From the NCBI RefSeq assembly GCF_001194135.2, contig NC_068997.1:47092597-47156596 (forward strand): 64,000 nucleotides of DNA. The letters run 5' to 3'. Below the pieces are notes generated by a model. It saw nothing but the letters and a program-made list of their open reading frames with translations, had not been told where the DNA came from and searched no databases. This stretch comes from Octopus bimaculoides (taxonomy: Eukaryota). Positions 63,111 to 64,000 of this stretch are shown in pieces; within the stretch, counting starts at the first letter, position 1; each line of letters begins with the position of its first letter. A program made the position numbers and the translations under genes.

Positions 63111-63415
63111 CTGACCATGAACGCCCTTCCGGCTGTTTTGGAGTACCTGATTAATGAATTTTCGTACTCTACCCTTGGTTTAGGNNNNNNNNNNTATATA
63201 TATATATATTGAAAAGGTGGATTGCGTATATTGAGTCCACTGCAGGGGGAAGGCCTCGGCCCGATGTAGTGGCTGTGTATTTGAGACTGAGGTCATATTG
63301 GTTTGATGAGGCTACATTCTGCAACGATCCACATGGAGTAAAGTCGATTATATATATTATATGATGACATGTACTTTGATTGTATGCAATACACTGTATT
63401 ATTACAGAAGCACTC

Positions 63416-63630
63416 AAGGTAGCGAGCTGGCAGAATCGTTACGTGCCGAGCAAAGTGCCAAGCGGTATTTCTTCTGGCTTCCCGTTCTGATTTCAAATGC
63501 TGCCGAAGTCCATTCAGCCATTTATCCTTTCGGAGTCGATAAAATAAGTACTAGTCGAACAATGTAGTCGATGTAAACGACTTAACCCTTTCCATAATGT
63601 TGCTGGCCTTGTGCGAAAATTTGAAAGCAT
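63416..63630 (+). mobile_element. Full-length family A SINE, diverged
   Basis: aaggtagcgagctggcagaatcgtta...tcctttcggagtcgataaaataagtac...gctggccttgtgcgaaaatttgaa. Confidence 0.88.
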
Positions 63631-64000
63631 TATTACGAAATCACTTTTATTTGTGTTCATATTTATGTTCACGAAAGAAAAATATATATACATACTATGA
63701 ATTGTTGAAATGTACGCGACGAAGAGATGAATGTAATGAGATTCTATTCTCGGACGTACGTACGTGTACACACACACGCACACACACATTTGCCAGTTTT
63801 TAATTGCACTTTTAATATCCTGTGGAATACGTGTGTATAGACCCCCAATAGCGCCATGCTTTTTTATGCTCAGCGTATATATATGTGTATAATATATACA
63901 TATATATAGTATATATATGTATATATATATATATATATAGTATATACAATATATATATATAATGTATATATCTATGATATATATATATAATATATATATG

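Overview
AT-rich, extremely microsatellite-dense animal genomic DNA with about 22 N-gaps. The SINE families and (TA)n/(CA)n/(TAGA)n load suggest a cephalopod, probably Octopus; this is inference from repeat content only. No intact protein-coding gene, rRNA, true tRNA or CRISPR array can be supported. Almost all ORFs in the supplied track are microsatellite or gap artefacts (YIYI/VCVC/THTH runs). The window reads as intergenic or as the inside of a very large intron. It is a mosaic of about 40 copies or fragments of three tRNA-derived SINE families, decayed mariner and maT (DD37D-type) transposons, RTE and L1/Tx1-like LINE fragments, a Penelope GIY-YIG fragment, two Helitron 3' ends, a MITE and several diverged tandem duplications. 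The most notable observations are: (1) several degenerate minimal type-I hammerhead ribozyme motifs, best at 3583-3664, plus a two-copy ~200-bp family at 14.5 kb and 63 kb; (2) a Penelope fragment whose ORF is followed directly by a tRNA-like Pol III A/B-box module; (3) a bipartite SINE carrying an expandable microsatellite in its middle; (4) a Helitron-like element containing TTAGGG repeats; (5) inverted SINE pairs that could form dsRNA.
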